DNA from: Camelus dromedarius
Lineage: Eukaryota
Direction: 5' to 3'
Length of the DNA: 64,000 nt
NCBI RefSeq assembly: GCF_036321535.1
Contig: NC_087436.1
Coordinates: 96,102,001 to 96,166,000, forward strand
Shown: piece by piece, positions 50,886 through 64,000 of the stretch
Layout: each line of letters begins with the position of its first letter
Position numbering within the stretch: position 1 is the stretch's first letter
Made by a program: the position numbers and the translations under genes
The notes under the pieces: model-generated
Told to the model about the DNA's origin: nothing
The model's input: only the letters and a program-made list of their open reading frames with translations
The model's database searches: none

Positions 50886-53113
50886 AAAAAGGCGGGAAAG
50901 TTGAAAAAAAAAAAAGCACTAATCTGATGTCAGGTCTAGTTCTCGTTCTGCTGGTCCCTGGGCTAGGACATAAAACCTACAGGAAACCACTGCTATTAAG
51001 TGATTCCCTATAAAGAAGCACATGGGGAAAGGCCTTGGAGAGGAGCTGCCATTCTGAGTCCGTACTAAACACCTTTCTTCAATAGCCAGTCCCGGGCATT
51101 AGAACTCCGAAGACAAAGAAGATGTTTCCTGTCCTCGGGCTGCCCCCTCTTGGAGAGGGACTCAGAGTCGGGTCCTCTAGTGTTGCTCAGCTGTCTGCTC
51201 CCTTCCTGAACGCAAGCCCCCCACAGGCAATGCCTAACCCAGGGCAGTATCTTGCTCGCACAGAGCACGTCAGGCCTGGTATTCAAGTGAAGGAATGACA
51301 GGTGAGTGACGGGTGCGAATGAATGAATGCTGAGTGTGAGATTTTATAAGTGATTCCAAAAGAAGGTCTATCCCTTCCCACGATCAAATCTCACTCCACC
51401 CAGTGGTCCAAAACCAAAAGCCAAGTACATGACTTGAGCTGAGAGAGATGGGAGGACTGTGGTTCCCCTTCGCAGCGTGGGAAACAGCAAAGCCTTCTTC
51501 ATGTAACTCCAAGGGTCAAGGATGTCCCGTTTCCAGGGCTCCAGTCAATGGGCTTTCAGAGCAGCTGCTGGGAAGTGATTTGAGTTGACGGAAGTTGGAG
51601 TTCTTGGAAGAGAGACAGAATAAAACTAAACACTTAAATTTCAACTCCATTTTGATAAATCAACTTGTCAATGTTTAGAAAACAGTCTGGGATTTCACCT
51701 TAACCTGGCCAGCAGGTGAAGCTGAAAAATATTTAGCGAGTCACTTCTGGGTATGGACCTCTTGGACGAAAGAGGAATGGATAAAAATAATTACCAGGAA
51801 CGGCAGAAACCACCAGGCGCTTTATAAAATAAATTAAAGACTGCCTGCCCAACTTCATAGATGGTACAGAATCTATAGTGGAAAAAGGATAAGAAGATAA
51901 TTCTTGACTACCCAATCTCCTTCCTCAGCAGAACCATTTCCTCCTTTCTGTGCAGGCTTTGAAAACTCTCTGGAACAAAATTTTCTGGTGTGTTCCCCTT
52001 TCTCCTAAAGAGGGGCTGAACTGCAGTGATTTTGGAGAAACTGAAAGACTATACGAAGACTTTTGTTATCAGCACCATCAAACAGTCCATTTGATGTGTT
52101 CTCAATAGTCAGTGTGCTACAATACACTTGTCAGCATCACCCAGAACTGGGGTGGATGGGATATCTATGCCGAGATGTGTTCAAATGTCCACCCTCCTCC
52201 CCTGCCAAAGGGCCCCCTGGTCAAATAGGTTTGGGAATAGCAGAGATTTAAAGATGAACTCATTCATAGTTATGAAAAAGAACAATGTCACCATGTTCAA
52301 CCCAGTATTTCCCCAAATTTTTTAACCACAGAACTTTTTTTCCCCCAGTAAAAGACAGTAACAACCAACAGAACTTGTGTTTTGTGGAACTTTGGGAAAA
52401 ACAACTATTGAAATGACAGTCCTAATGATCAGGAGGGGTTTTGTGCCCCAAACTCATATTGTCAGATGGTGGTTGGTACTTGGGTGAGCTCAGCCGGGCA
52501 GAATCCATGCCAGGTGTAAGAAGTTCATGTCCTAGCAATGGCTCCATCACCAGCCACACAGATGTGGCAAAGTTGTGTCATCTCTTGATGGCTCAGTTTC
52601 TTCCTCTGCCCGAGTCCATGACATAGAAGCCCTCTTCCAAATCTAGCAGTCCAAGTGGTGAGTCCATGAAGGGAGTTACTCCCCTCATAGACCCTCCACC
52701 CAGTTTGGCTCCCACACTGTTTCCTCATTGAACACTGAGGCAAGGCGGCGCCAACAGGACCCTTTTGCAGGTGGGGAGCCCAGCTCAGTGGTTTGTAAAC
52801 TACCCGCATCCCAATACTGATGCTGTGCGTTTGGGTCCCAAGTCCACACTCACCCCAACCCATGATTCTGACTGAATGCACAAATCTTCTCCTCCTGTTT
52901 CCTCCCTTCAGGCCCCAAGTCCTCCATCTCATTCCCTCCTGACTGCAGCTCTTTGGAAAAAGTCTCTGTGGCTTCTTTGTCAGAGGGAACTGCTGGCCAG
53001 CACCCTGGAGCCTTGAGATGGGGAGAGAGTGTGTAACAGCAACTTCCTCAGGAAGGGTGAGGACTCAGCTTGGGGGCAGGAATGGCAGACTCTATGAGCA
53101 GATGAGCACGGAG

Positions 53114-53115
<2 letters not shown>

Positions 53116-53153
<38 letters not shown>
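53116..53153. repeat. (GT)n microsatellite, ~19 units
   Basis: Uninterrupted GT run. Confidence 0.97.
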
Positions 53154-53154
<1 letters not shown>

Positions 53155-53229
53155 GGGGCTGGGTATGTGTGTGTAGGGTGGGATGGAACTGATATAAACA
53201 TTTGAGATTTATCACCCCACACCAGCAAT

Positions 53230-53480
53230 TCAGCATAGTGGTTAAATGGGCAAATTAGGGTCAGAGTTGTGAGTTCCAATCCCACCTCCACCATTTTTAG
53301 CTTTGTGACCTCTAGGCAAATTTCTCAGCATCTGTGACCTTTAGCTGTCTAATCTGCAAAATGGGAATGATAACAATTCCTGCTTATCAGGATTGTTTTG
53401 AAAATTAAATGAGGCAGAAGTATGTATGGCATTTACTATAATGCCTGGCATCCTGCCAGGGCTTATTAACGATTATAAGT
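53230..53480 (+). mobile_element. MIR SINE
   Basis: cagcatagtggttaa...tagctttgtgacct...atctgcaaaatgggaatgataac...aaattaaatgag. Confidence 0.75.
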
Positions 53481-53589
53481 AGTTAAGATTTGAGTGTTTA
53501 ACATGCATCAAGTACAGTCTTAGAAACTTTCATGTATTCATTCATTTCAACTTTACAATAACCCTTTAAGGTGGAAAGCAGTATTTTAT

Positions 53590-54292
53590 TTATTATTTTT
53601 AATTGAAGTAATTGAAGTTGATTTACAATATTATATTATTTTCAGGTATACAGCATAGTGATTCAGTATTTTATAGATTATACTTCATTAAAAGTTATCA
53701 AAAAATAATGGTTATTTTCCTCGTGCTGTACAATACATTCTCATTGCTTATCTATTTTATACATAGTAGCTTTAATCCCATACCACTATCTTGCCCCTCC
53801 ACCCTCCTCTCTCCCCATTCGTAACCACTAGTTTGTTTTCTAAATCTGAGTTTGTTCCGTTTTGTTATATTCATTCGTTTACTTTTTAGAGTTCACATAT
53901 AAGTGGTATCATACAGGATCTGTCTTTCTCTGTCTGATTTCTTTCACTAAGCATCATACTCTCTAGGTCCATCCATGTTGTTATAAATGGCAGAATTTCT
54001 TTTTTTTTATGGCTGAGTAATATACTGTTATGTATATAAATCACACCATCTTTATCCATTCATTTGTTGATGGACAGTTAGGTTGCTTCCCTATCTTGGC
54101 TATTGTAAATAGTGCTGCTCTGAACACTGGCGTGCATGTATCTTTTTAAATTAATGTTTTTGTTTTCTTCAAATATATGCCCAGGAGTAGAACTGTTGGA
54201 TCATATGGTAGCTCTATTTTTAGTTTTTGAGGAGCCTCCATACTGTTTTCCACAGGGGCTGCACCAATTTACATTCCCACCAACCATCTACA
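53590..54292 (-). mobile_element. L1 3' portion, antisense
   Basis: tttttaattgaagta...tttacaatattatatt...gctgcaccaatttacattcccaccaac. Confidence 0.9.
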
Positions 54293-54588
54293 AAGGTTGG
54301 AAGCCAGTATGTTATAGATAAATAAATGGATATAAAACTTAGAAAGTACTACAGCACAGCTATTATTAATGCTGTTTTTGTTTTCATTATTATTTGTATC
54401 TCCTGATTATATATTATATTTAGATATTATATAATATTTCCTATTATATTAAAATAATCCCTCTTAGGAGGTTCTGTTGTTTTTGAATCTGCTGGATTAC
54501 ACAATAAGAAGCAGCTTGTGATCAAACAGCTTTTGCAAAAGAGAACTGATTTTGGCTGACAGAATTTCACAGGTGTGGTTTCATCTAT

Positions 54589-54608
54589 TCGCCACCAGAT
54601 GGCAGTAT
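54589..54608 (+). promoter_or_regulatory. Candidate CTCF binding site
   Basis: GCCACCAGATGGCAGTA fits the core CCASYAGRKGGCRS. Confidence 0.6.
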
Positions 54609-57191
54609 ATAGTGGTTATTTAATTTAATTTCAAGGGAGGGACTTGGTGTGGGAAAGACCTTGAACACGTGAATTAGGGCACAAATCCTGTAGGTGCTTT
54701 GCCATGTGGCAAAATTAAGGAGTAGGTGATGTGGTAAATATTCAGACAACTATTGTCACCTTTAAGTCCTGGTGGCCACGGTACCACCTTGTGGCAGAGT
54801 TTCCTCCAGCGTTGGCTGGGCATGGGACTTACTCTGTAGTCTGGCCAGACGGTGGTGGGGTCAAAGGATTCCTATAATTCTATAGACACCTCTTTTCACA
54901 TAAATGGGACCTGTGTGTCTGGACAATAATTCTGTGGCAGAGGCTGGGGGACGAAGGAGCCTGTGGGGTGTGGAGGGGTTAGATCTGATGCCACTGGGCC
55001 TGTCTGTTTCACGGTGCTTCCCTGTGGCCATCCTTGTGCTCCCCCAGACCCCGTGGGCTACATGTGGTGTGAGCTGTTTTGGGGCCACATCTTCTGGATG
55101 GGGGTACGTGGCCATGAACTAGGAGGTAAAGATAAGTCATAAAATAAATATGGCCCAATTTGAAGGTTTTGGGGAAAGAAGCCCATTATTTTTATTTAAG
55201 ATAAATTCAGAATATTGGGTTTGAAAAGGTGAAATTTGCGTGAGTTATTAGAATTAAACAGAAGGCAAATTTTACAGAAAATTTCAAATTCTGTTGGTAG
55301 CTTGCAGCCAGCCCTCTAGACGAGTTTCCTCTTCTTGTACCCTTGGTGGGAACTGTTTTAGGGGAAAAGTTTGAGAAGCCATGCACCTGTTCTCTGGACT
55401 GTAAATTCCTGGAGTAGGCTTCTGACTACATCAGATGAGAGCAGTTCATTATAAACCATCTCTGTGTTGCCTCACCATCTCATTTGGTTTCCCAGCTCTT
55501 CCAGTACCCACATAACCTACTAACTATAATGTCCCTGAGTTCCCATTCCTGGCTGGACCTTGCCTAGAAAGGCTTTCTAGCTAAGTTACTAAGTAATATA
55601 CAGAACAGCAGTGGACTCTGCAAAAATTTTTTGGTGCTGCCTAAAGTACAGGTTGCCGTTGCTGCATACCTGACATAGGACAGGGCATGGAGAGGGTGTT
55701 CAAAGCTGGATGACCTGGAGTAAGCTGCTTAACTTCTCTGAATCTCAGCTTTGCCAGCCATTAGGTGGGGAAACAGTAACATCTAATTGAGCAGGGTTCC
55801 TATGAGAATTACATGGTTTACACACGTGGTAGGCCTAGCCACATGTGTCTGGCAAGTAGTGGGTTCCTAATAGATGTTGGCTGCTCTCCTGTTCGTGGCC
55901 ATCGTCCACGAGAATATTCTTTAACTACTGGCCTAGTCACTTCTAGAAGCTGTGAATAGAAATGGGTGATGTTCTGACCAAATCCTCCCTGGAGTCCCAC
56001 AGGAATCAGGCATGTCTCCAACACAGGGTATGTCTCTACGGTGGGTAAGTAGCCTTATCTGGGAGGTGGGAGAAGTCTGGAAGAAATATGAAGCAGTTAG
56101 AAAAAGTTAAGCTCTGGAAATGAAGAGGGGGTTGTAGAGGAGGCGAAGTGGAGAGAAGTTTATATACCATCGTCTTGTAAAGCTGCAAATAATGATAGAT
56201 GCTTGGAATGAACTAGTTCTGGGCAATTTCCAGGGTCCTAGAGTGCCCAAACCTCAGCGAATCTTAGTGACCATCCCACCCAGCCACCTTACTTTATGTA
56301 TGTGCTTCTGGACTCAAGGCTGGAGGCATGGACTGGTCAGGTGACAAGAGAACACAGACTGTCCCATGCTTGCAGATGACCCTGTGGGTGTGGAATTGGG
56401 ACCTCAATGTTCCTTTGAAGTATAGGAAAAATAGATTTTGCACTTGAAAAGACTGAGCATGGTTCTGAAGCCTCAAATATCCATGGGCACCTAACTGAGG
56501 ACAAGACACTCTGCCAGTCATAGAAACACAAAGAGGCAGCGATCTCGGCTGTTTGTTAAAGGGCTCACCACCCATTCATGCAACACATACTTCCTGAGCA
56601 CCTACTATGTGCAAGTCCCGAACTCGATTCCAGGGGTGTGAAAAGAAGTCACCGTCTAGCAAGGAAGACAGATGTATAAGTAGATGACTAGTGAAGTGTT
56701 AAAAGTGTGAGATTAAAGTACATTATGCAGAATGTTACCTAAGGCAAGGAAAACCTGAGTAATCTTGGGAAGACAGGAGAAGACTTGCGGCCAAAGCCAC
56801 AAGGTAATGATGGTGCCAGTGGGTTCCAGGCCACACTCCGGGGGATGCCACCACACGCACTCTGTCTCAGGCCTGCCCTTTTCTCTCCGTGTGTGCTGCT
56901 ACTGCCCTGTCCCCAGACATCATCATTTCTTTCTTACCTGAATGACTGCAGTATCCTCTCATTGCCTGCATCACTCTGTGTCTTCTAATACACTGGCCAC
57001 ACAGAAGTCATGTGATTTATTTTAGGACACACATCTGAATCTTATCATGTCCCTGCTGAAAACTTTTCAAAGGCATCTGAGACCCGTGGGGTATTTAATA
57101 ACAGAGAATGATGAAGATGATGATACAGAGAGTAAACTTACACAGAACTTCTTACGTTCCAGGGGTTCATCCACCTGGCTTTGCACATATG

Positions 57192-57400
57192 TACAATCAG
57201 TCCTCATTATTTGCGGATTCCATATTGGTGAATTTATCTACTGGCTAAAATTTATTTGTAACTCCCAAATTAACATGTGCTGTGCTTTGGGGGTCATTTC
57301 TGGACATGTGCAGTGGTGACAAATTTGAACGGTCTGAGGGGCACATTTCTCACTGAGCTCAAGCAAGGTAATCCTCAGCCTTCTTGTTTCAGCCCCGTGT
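57192..57400 (+). mobile_element. TcMar-Tigger family DNA transposon 5' fragment
   Basis: ta-caatcagtcctcattatttgcggattccatattggtgaatttatctactggctaaaatttatttgtaactcccaaa; subfamily not assigned. Confidence 0.65.
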
Positions 57401-58862
57401 TGTGAATCTTTCAGTGCGAAGACTTAGATGCGTCATGCCGAATGGTGCACATTTTAGAACTGGATCCCCAAAACAACAGAAGTAAAAATGAAATAACAGA
57501 ATTCTACTCAAACCTGCATGAGTCAGAAAGAAGTAAACTTTGGGGACTGCTCTGTCTACTGGCTTTAATGTTTCAGGTAATAAGAACTGTGGTAAAAGAC
57601 CGAGAAATAGAAAACTTAACAGAAAGTGCAAAGAACAGACTTTTCCCCCAATGCATAAAAAAGAGAACAGCTCACCTGCTGTGGAGATTGTCCATTAGAT
57701 TTCTCTAGAAGTTTAGCTTCTCTCCCTGCAACCAAAAAAAAAAAAAAAAAAAAGTGAAAACGGAGGTCTGCAAGTTGCCTCCTTCTCCTGGCCAAGTTGT
57801 ATCTCGAAAGTTTCCTGATGGGCGCCAGGCAGGGATGTGGGGGAATGGAGTTCCTGGCCACAAAAACTTTGAAATTTGCCAGGCCTGAGTTTGCAGCCCA
57901 GCAACCGACACTCAATTAACAATCAATTCACAATCGATTAACAATTTACCCACGTGTCAGTGTTTCATCTATAAAATGAGATTGTAGTAAGATTTAAATG
58001 GCACATCCTGAAAACTGTTTATCACGTGCTTGGCATGTTGGAATTGCTCAGTAACCAAAAGCTGCTGTTAGTTATTGCTGCTGATAAACATTACATAACA
58101 ATACACCTCTTCTCTGATGGCTAAAGTTTCAACTAAGCAGAAAAATAATTCAAGGAATTTGCTTCTTGGAGACATATCAAACAATCAAAAGTTTCAGTGA
58201 TTACATGCTTAATAAAGTTCAATAAAATACTTAATTTAGAAGATAGTTTTGCTCATTATGAAAATCATGATGTACAGAATTTGAGAAAGTAAAGCAAATG
58301 TTTAAATTTTTACCAATGTCTCTGTGATTACTAGCATTATTCACTATATACAGAAACAACTTTTAGAGAAATGCTCTTAGCCCAGTCCCAAGTTAGCGAT
58401 CTTGATTGTGGTAGTGATCTCAGTGGTGTGCACATCCATCAAAATTCATCAAATTGTGCATCTGAAATATGCGTAGTTTATGGTACAGGAACCATACCAC
58501 AATAAAGGTGTTAAAAAAAAAAAAAAGCCTTAAGTGGCTCTGCACTTCTGACCAGTCTTTAACGTCCCCAGCTAAGCATTCAAGGCCCTCTGCAATACGG
58601 TACCAACGGCCTTCCCAGGTTATCCCTGAAACTCCTCTAGCCACTCCTATTTCCAGCCAATCTGGGTTTTTCACTGTTTTCTAAACATGCGGAAACATGC
58701 CTACGTATACTTTTTCTTGTTCTATGTCTTTCCACGTATTAGTTTCCCCAGTTGGTATGCCTCCGTGCCCACTGGTATTTTACAAAATTCTACTGATCCT
58801 TCAAAATTTATTTCACACATCACTTCCTCCATGAATACTTAAAAAAAGAAACAACAATTCCT

Positions 58863-59040
58863 GCGGGAGGGTATAGCTCAGTGACGGAGTACCTGCTTAG
58901 CATGCACGAGTCCTGGGTTCAATTTCCAGGGCCTCCATTAAAAAAAAAACCTAATTACCTCCCTGCAAAACAACAACAACAGCAAACAAACAAACAAACA
59001 AAGAATTGCTAAAAAAAAAAAAAGGACTAAATAAACAAAA
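58863..59040 (+). mobile_element. tRNA-derived SINE (camelid Vic-1-like), second copy
   Basis: GGGAGGGTATAGCTCAGTG...CCTGGGTTCAATTTCCAGGGCCTCCATTAAAA...CCTAATTA, same architecture as 7096-7292. Confidence 0.88.
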
Positions 59041-59133
59041 AATAATGAAAGGTAATTACTCCATTCTTTTAATTTCTATAGAATCTTTAACCTGTTGGAT
59101 GGCTCAGGTCACTTTCTGCCTTGGATTATAGAA

Positions 59134-61452
59134 CAGGAATATATTGTTTTGTTGTGCTTTGCAGATAACTGTGTGGTTTTTTGTTTGTTTTGTTTTGTTT
59201 TTACAAATTGAAAGTTTGTGGCAACCCTGCATCAAGCGAGCCTATTGGCACGATTTTTCCAAAAGCATTTGCTCACTTTGTGTCTCTCTGTCACGTTTTG
59301 GTAATCCTTGCAACATTTCAAACTTTTTTTATTATATTTGTTGTGGTGACCTGTGACCAGTTATCTTTGATCTTACTACTGTGGTTGTTTTGCGGTTCCA
59401 GACTGCAGCCATGTGGGACTGCGAACTAAACTGATAAACCGTGTGTGTTCCGGCCATTTCCCCACCTCTATCCCTTTGCTCCAGCCTCCCTATTCCCTGA
59501 GACAACAATATTGAAATCAGGCCAATTAGTAACCCTACAGTGGTCCCTGAGTGTTCAAGTGAAAGGGAGAGTCGCATGTCTTTCACTTTACATCAAAAGC
59601 TAGAAATGATTAAGCTCAGTGAGAAAGGCATGTTCAAGGCCAAGATTGGCTGAAAGTTTTTTTTTTGGCTGAAAGTTCTTGAAGGAAATTACACATGCTA
59701 CTCCAGTGAACACACGAATGATAAGAAAGCAAAACAGCCTTTTTGCTGATATGGAGACAGTCCTAGCGATCTAGACAGAAGGCAGAAAGAGCCACAACAT
59801 TCCCTTAAGTGAAAGCTAGTCCAGAGCAGGGCCCCAACTCTCTTCAACTCTGTGGAGGCTGAGAGAGGGGAGGAAGCTGCCGGAGAAAAGTGCGAAGGCA
59901 GCGGAAGTCTGTTTACAAGGAAAGAAGCCGTCCCCATAACATCGAAGCGCGAGGTGGAGCAGCAAGTGCTGATGTAGAAGCTGCAGCAAGTTATGCAGAA
60001 GATCTAGCTGAGATAATAAATGGAGAAGGCTGCACAACAGATTTGCAGTGTACATGAAACTGCCTTACATTGGAAGAAGATGCCATCTGTGACTTTCATA
60101 GCTTGAGAGGAGAAGTCAATGCCTGGCTTTAAAGTTTCAAAGAATAGACTGACTCTCTTGTCAGGGGCTAATGTAGCTGATGGCTTTAAGTTGGAGCCAG
60201 TGCTCACTTACTATTCTGAAAATCCTAGGGCCCTAAAAAATTATGCCATGTCTACTCTGCCTGTGCTCTATCAGTGGAAAAACAAAGCCTGGATGACAGC
60301 ACATCTATTTACATGATGGTTTGCTGAATATCTTAAACCCACTGTTGAGACCTACTGCTCAGAAACAAACAAACAAAAAGATTTCTTTCAAAACATTACT
60401 GCTCATTGACAATGTACCTCGTCCCCCAAGAGCTCTGATGGAGATGTGCAATCAGATTCTTACGCTGTTTTCTTGTCTGCTTATACAACATCCATTCTGC
60501 AGCTTGTGGATCAAAAAGTAGTTTCAATTTTCTAGACTTATTATTTAAGAAATATGTTTCATAAGGCTATAGCTACCATGGATGGTGACTGCTCTGAAGG
60601 ATCTGGGCACAGTCAACTGAAAACATTCTGGAAAGGATTCACCATTCTAGATGCCATTAAGAACATTTGTGATTCACGAGAAGATGGCAAAATATCAACA
60701 AACACAGATTCCAACCGTGATAGATGACTTTGAGAGTCTCAAGACATCAACTTCAGTGGAGGAAGTAACTGCAGATGTGGTGGAAACAGCAGGAGAACTA
60801 GAATTAGAAGTGGAGCCTAAAGATGTGACTGAACTGCTGCAATTTCATGATAGAACTTTAATGGATGGGGAGCTGCTTCTAATGATGACCACAGAAAGTG
60901 ATTCCTTAAGATGGAATCTACTCATGGAGATGCTGTGAAGACTGTCAAAATGACAGCAAAGGATTTCAAATATTACTTAAACTTAGTTTATAAAGCAGCA
61001 GCAGGCTTTGAGAGGACTGACTCCAATTTTGAAAGACGTTCTACTGTGGGTAAAATACCATCAAACAGCGCTGCATGCAACAGAGAATCATTTGTGAAAG
61101 GAAGAGTCAATCAATGTGGCAAACGCCATTGTCTTACTTGAAGAAATTGCCACAGCCTTTAGCAGTCACCACCCTGATCAGTCAGCAGCCATCAACCCTG
61201 AGGTAAGACAGTAAAAAGATTATGATTTGCTGAAGGCTCAGTTAGCATTTTTTAGCAATAAAATATTTTTAAGTTAAAGTCTGCAGATTTTTAAAGACAT
61301 AACACTACTGCACACTTACAGACTACAGTATAGTGTAAATACAACTTTTATATGCACTGGGAAATCGAAGGTTCATGTAACTAGCGTAACTGAGATAGTT
61401 GCTTTACTGTGGTGGTCGGAACTGAACCTACAATATTTCCGAGGTATGCCTA
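59134..61452 (+). mobile_element. Near full-length Tigger1 with pseudogenised pogo-like transposase
   Basis: 5' ttttacaaattgaaagtttgtggcaaccctgc; DDE-domain remnant [43 protein letters not shown]; 3' end caatatttccgaggtatgcct; ORF broken. Confidence 0.93.
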
Positions 61453-61999
61453 CAGTTCATTTATATAACGTTCCCTCCATCAGACTGTAAACTTTTAGTA
61501 GAGAGGGGCCATGGCTTCATCATTGTTTATCTACATGTTGTGTCCCCTGACAGTGACTTGTTTACAGATGGCACATTGCATGTCTTCTAAAAATTCATGT
61601 TAAAAATATTACTGAAAAGCCAGATGCTTTATACCAATGCACAAAATTATAAAACAATGTACATATTTACTCAAATCTAAGATGCACATGTATTCATTTA
61701 CCTTTTAATATCTCTGAAATTGTAACACATAATCACTGGCACATCATGATTAAATTAGCTGCATTGTTTTCTATTTTTATGGTGTATAAGACAACTAGAT
61801 GTTACAATTGATGACATCTTATATTCAATGCAGTGTTGGCTCTGGGAGTGCTGGCAGCCACCCTCTTGCTCTCCAGACATCTGAGGAGAGGCCCTAACAT
61901 GAAACGTAGAGACTGAAACCAATCAACCAACGAACAAAAGAGTGCTTGAAACAAAGAGCAGGGAGAAGAAAACACAAACAAAACAACTGACAGTAATAA

Positions 62000-63300
62000 T
62001 CTTCAGTATGTCATTTGCATCCAAAAAGCACAAAACGTTCTTTAAGAAGTTAATAATCAGAGAACAACAACAAAAAGTTTTTGGAAATTAAAACAAGACA
62101 GCAAAAATGAATATTTCAATACAGAGTCTAGAAGAAAAACATGAGGAAGTCTCACATAAAGTAGCAAAAGAGATAAAGACATAGAAAGGATAAAAAACAA
62201 ACAAACAAACAAAAAACTCAGAACTAGAGGACAAGTCCAGGAGATCCAATATCTAGTAGGAGTTCCAAAAAGAAAACAAATAGGAGGAGGCGAGGCATTC
62301 ATCAACCAAATAATCTGAGAAAATTTCACAGAACTGGAGGAATGAGCTTCTAGGTAAAAGCACTCACCAAAGGACTAACACAATAAATAAAAATAGACCC
62401 AACGCCAAGACATCACTGTGATATTTCAGAGCTAGGTAAAAGCCAAGATCCCACAGGCTTTTAGAAAGAAAAAACCAGATCACATCCAAAGAGCCAGGGG
62501 TCAGAATGGTGTGACTTCTTAAACACAACACACACTATTCTAAACTTGGCCAAAAGACCAATTAAGTGAGAGGGTAGGATAAAGACATTTTCAGATATGA
62601 AAGTTCTCAAAAATTTGACTCTTCACACACCTTCCCTTCCTGGGAAGGAGGCTGTTAGAAGATGTAACAAACAAATGAGGTAGTAAACCAAGAGGGGAAG
62701 GCAAGGGAAACAGGAAGTGGGGCATTAAACACAGGAGGGAGGCAAAAGTAACCCCCAGGACAATGGTGATGGGACGTCCCAGGATGCCAGCAATGTGCGC
62801 AGCCAGGAGGACATCTCCTTCGGGCTGGAGAAGGGAAAAAGGCTCTGGGTGGTGTTCTTTTTAGAGATGAAATTGATAGACTCACTGACGTGTCCCCAAG
62901 AGAAACGTATATATGATAAAGAATTTGGGGTCAAATCGGTGGTAAGGATACAGAATCCTGAACAAATGAAAAAAAAAAAAAAAAAAGAGCCATTTGTTAC
63001 CTCCAGAGAAAAACCTGTACAGGAAAGGAAATATTCTCTACCTGGCTTAGCTGTGAGCAGCACTGACATAGAATAAACACAGTTATTCATCCGACTAAAG
63101 CTGGAGTGGGGAGGGGTTCTGTGGGGAGTGGGAACATTCCTTGTGTGTGGTGGGGCAGGCAGTGGGAGCTATATCATCTTCTTCCATGTGGAAGATGATG
63201 CCTAAAACTGAAAAAAAAAAAAATCAAGAAATGGCAATAGAAACATTCATTCAGAGAAATTGAGGCAAATCACCAAAATAATCGCTAAAGAAATTATTTC
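62000..63300 (+). mobile_element. Ancient L1ME/HAL1-like ORF1 remnant
   Basis: A-rich; tccaggagatccaatatctagtaggagttcca, agaaaatttcacagaactg, agacccaacgccaagacatcactgtgatatttcaga; boundaries approximate. Confidence 0.6.
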
Positions 63301-63659
63301 CTTTGAGGAAAGAAAAATGTGCTCACAAGTGAGCAGTCAGGGCTTCATCTGAAGATTCGGAAACCAATTTTGTCATAAGAGCAAAGTCATGAGAAAGGGT
63401 AAACCAGATGATAGCAAACAGTAACAATGACCCTTCTGAAAAAAGCCAACTCCCGTCCATTTATTTAACCTACATTAACTATTAACACCTAGGACTGGGG
63501 GCACTGGCAGATGACCTAGCAGGATGAATGGGACAGAACGTTACAGCCTGGTGAGGTGGGCAAAACATAAACAAATAATTATGATCCAGGGATTTAACAG
63601 AGCTTACAGGCAAAGCATTATGCAAATGTGGGGACCAGCAATCAACCTGTCAGAAGCTC

Positions 63660-63885
63660 TTAGAGCCATGCAGTTCAATATGGTAACTACTAGCCATATG
63701 TGGCTATCTAAATTTAAATTACTAAAAATTAAATACATTAAAAGTTCAGTTCTTTGGTTACACCAGCCTGCCACATTTCAAGTGCTCGAAAGCCACATGT
63801 GTCTAGTGGCTACCATATTGGACTGTGTAGACACAGAACCTTTTTTTCAACACAGAAAGTTCTGTTGGATGATGCTGGTCTGGAG
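63660..63885. mobile_element. MER3 hAT MITE
   Basis: caatatggtaactactagccatatgtggcta...gccacatttcaagtgctc...gccacatgtgtctagtggctaccatattggac. Confidence 0.85.
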
Positions 63886-64000
63886 GTTCTTAAATGATTT
63901 TTTTTTTTTTTTTTTTGCATTTTCAAGTACATTAAACCCCTGAAGGGATCCCACTTCATGGGTCTATTAGTAAGTAGAGCCTTGTTAAGTTTAATATTTA

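Noticed and set aside
57410..57760. Processed pseudogene ending in the A-run at 57734-57753
   Set aside because: No TSD, no adjacent poly(A) signal and no recognisable parent ORF
60119..61141. TIGD1-like domesticated transposase gene
   Set aside because: Split by stops and frameshifts inside a Tigger1 fossil
1..64000. CRISPR array, operon or other prokaryotic/viral system
   Set aside because: Spliced mammalian locus; no repeat-spacer array, intact retroviral ORFs or horizontally acquired coding sequence seen

Overview
Mammalian genomic DNA, most likely a camelid (inferred from two tRNA-derived Vic-1-like SINEs and camelid-type L1 3' ends; no Bov-A/BovB/PRE1 seen). It holds two convergent protein-coding genes. 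RELL1 (+) is present as coding exons 2-6 (2126-18528) plus a probable non-coding last exon (~30285-32325); exon 1 lies upstream of the window. PGCKA1/C4orf19 (-) has its complete CDS in two exons (44919-44888 and 43838-42911, 319 aa). The rest is intronic or intergenic and rich in repeats (L1, MIR, MLT1/MLT2 LTRs, MER20, MER3, a near full-length Tigger1). Most notable: (1) a 257-bp TSD-flanked retroelement joining an L1 5'UTR start directly to an L1 3'UTR at an apparent splice junction, lacking both ORFs; (2) RELL1 exons 4-6 sum to 434 nt, the size I recall for human circRELL1, and are flanked by oppositely oriented L1 3'UTR pieces, one being that spliced element; (3) an out-of-frame uORF overlapping the PGCKA1 start that an alternative acceptor could bypass; (4) a miniature twin-primed inverted L1. 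Gene identities and repeat names come from recognition, not database searches.
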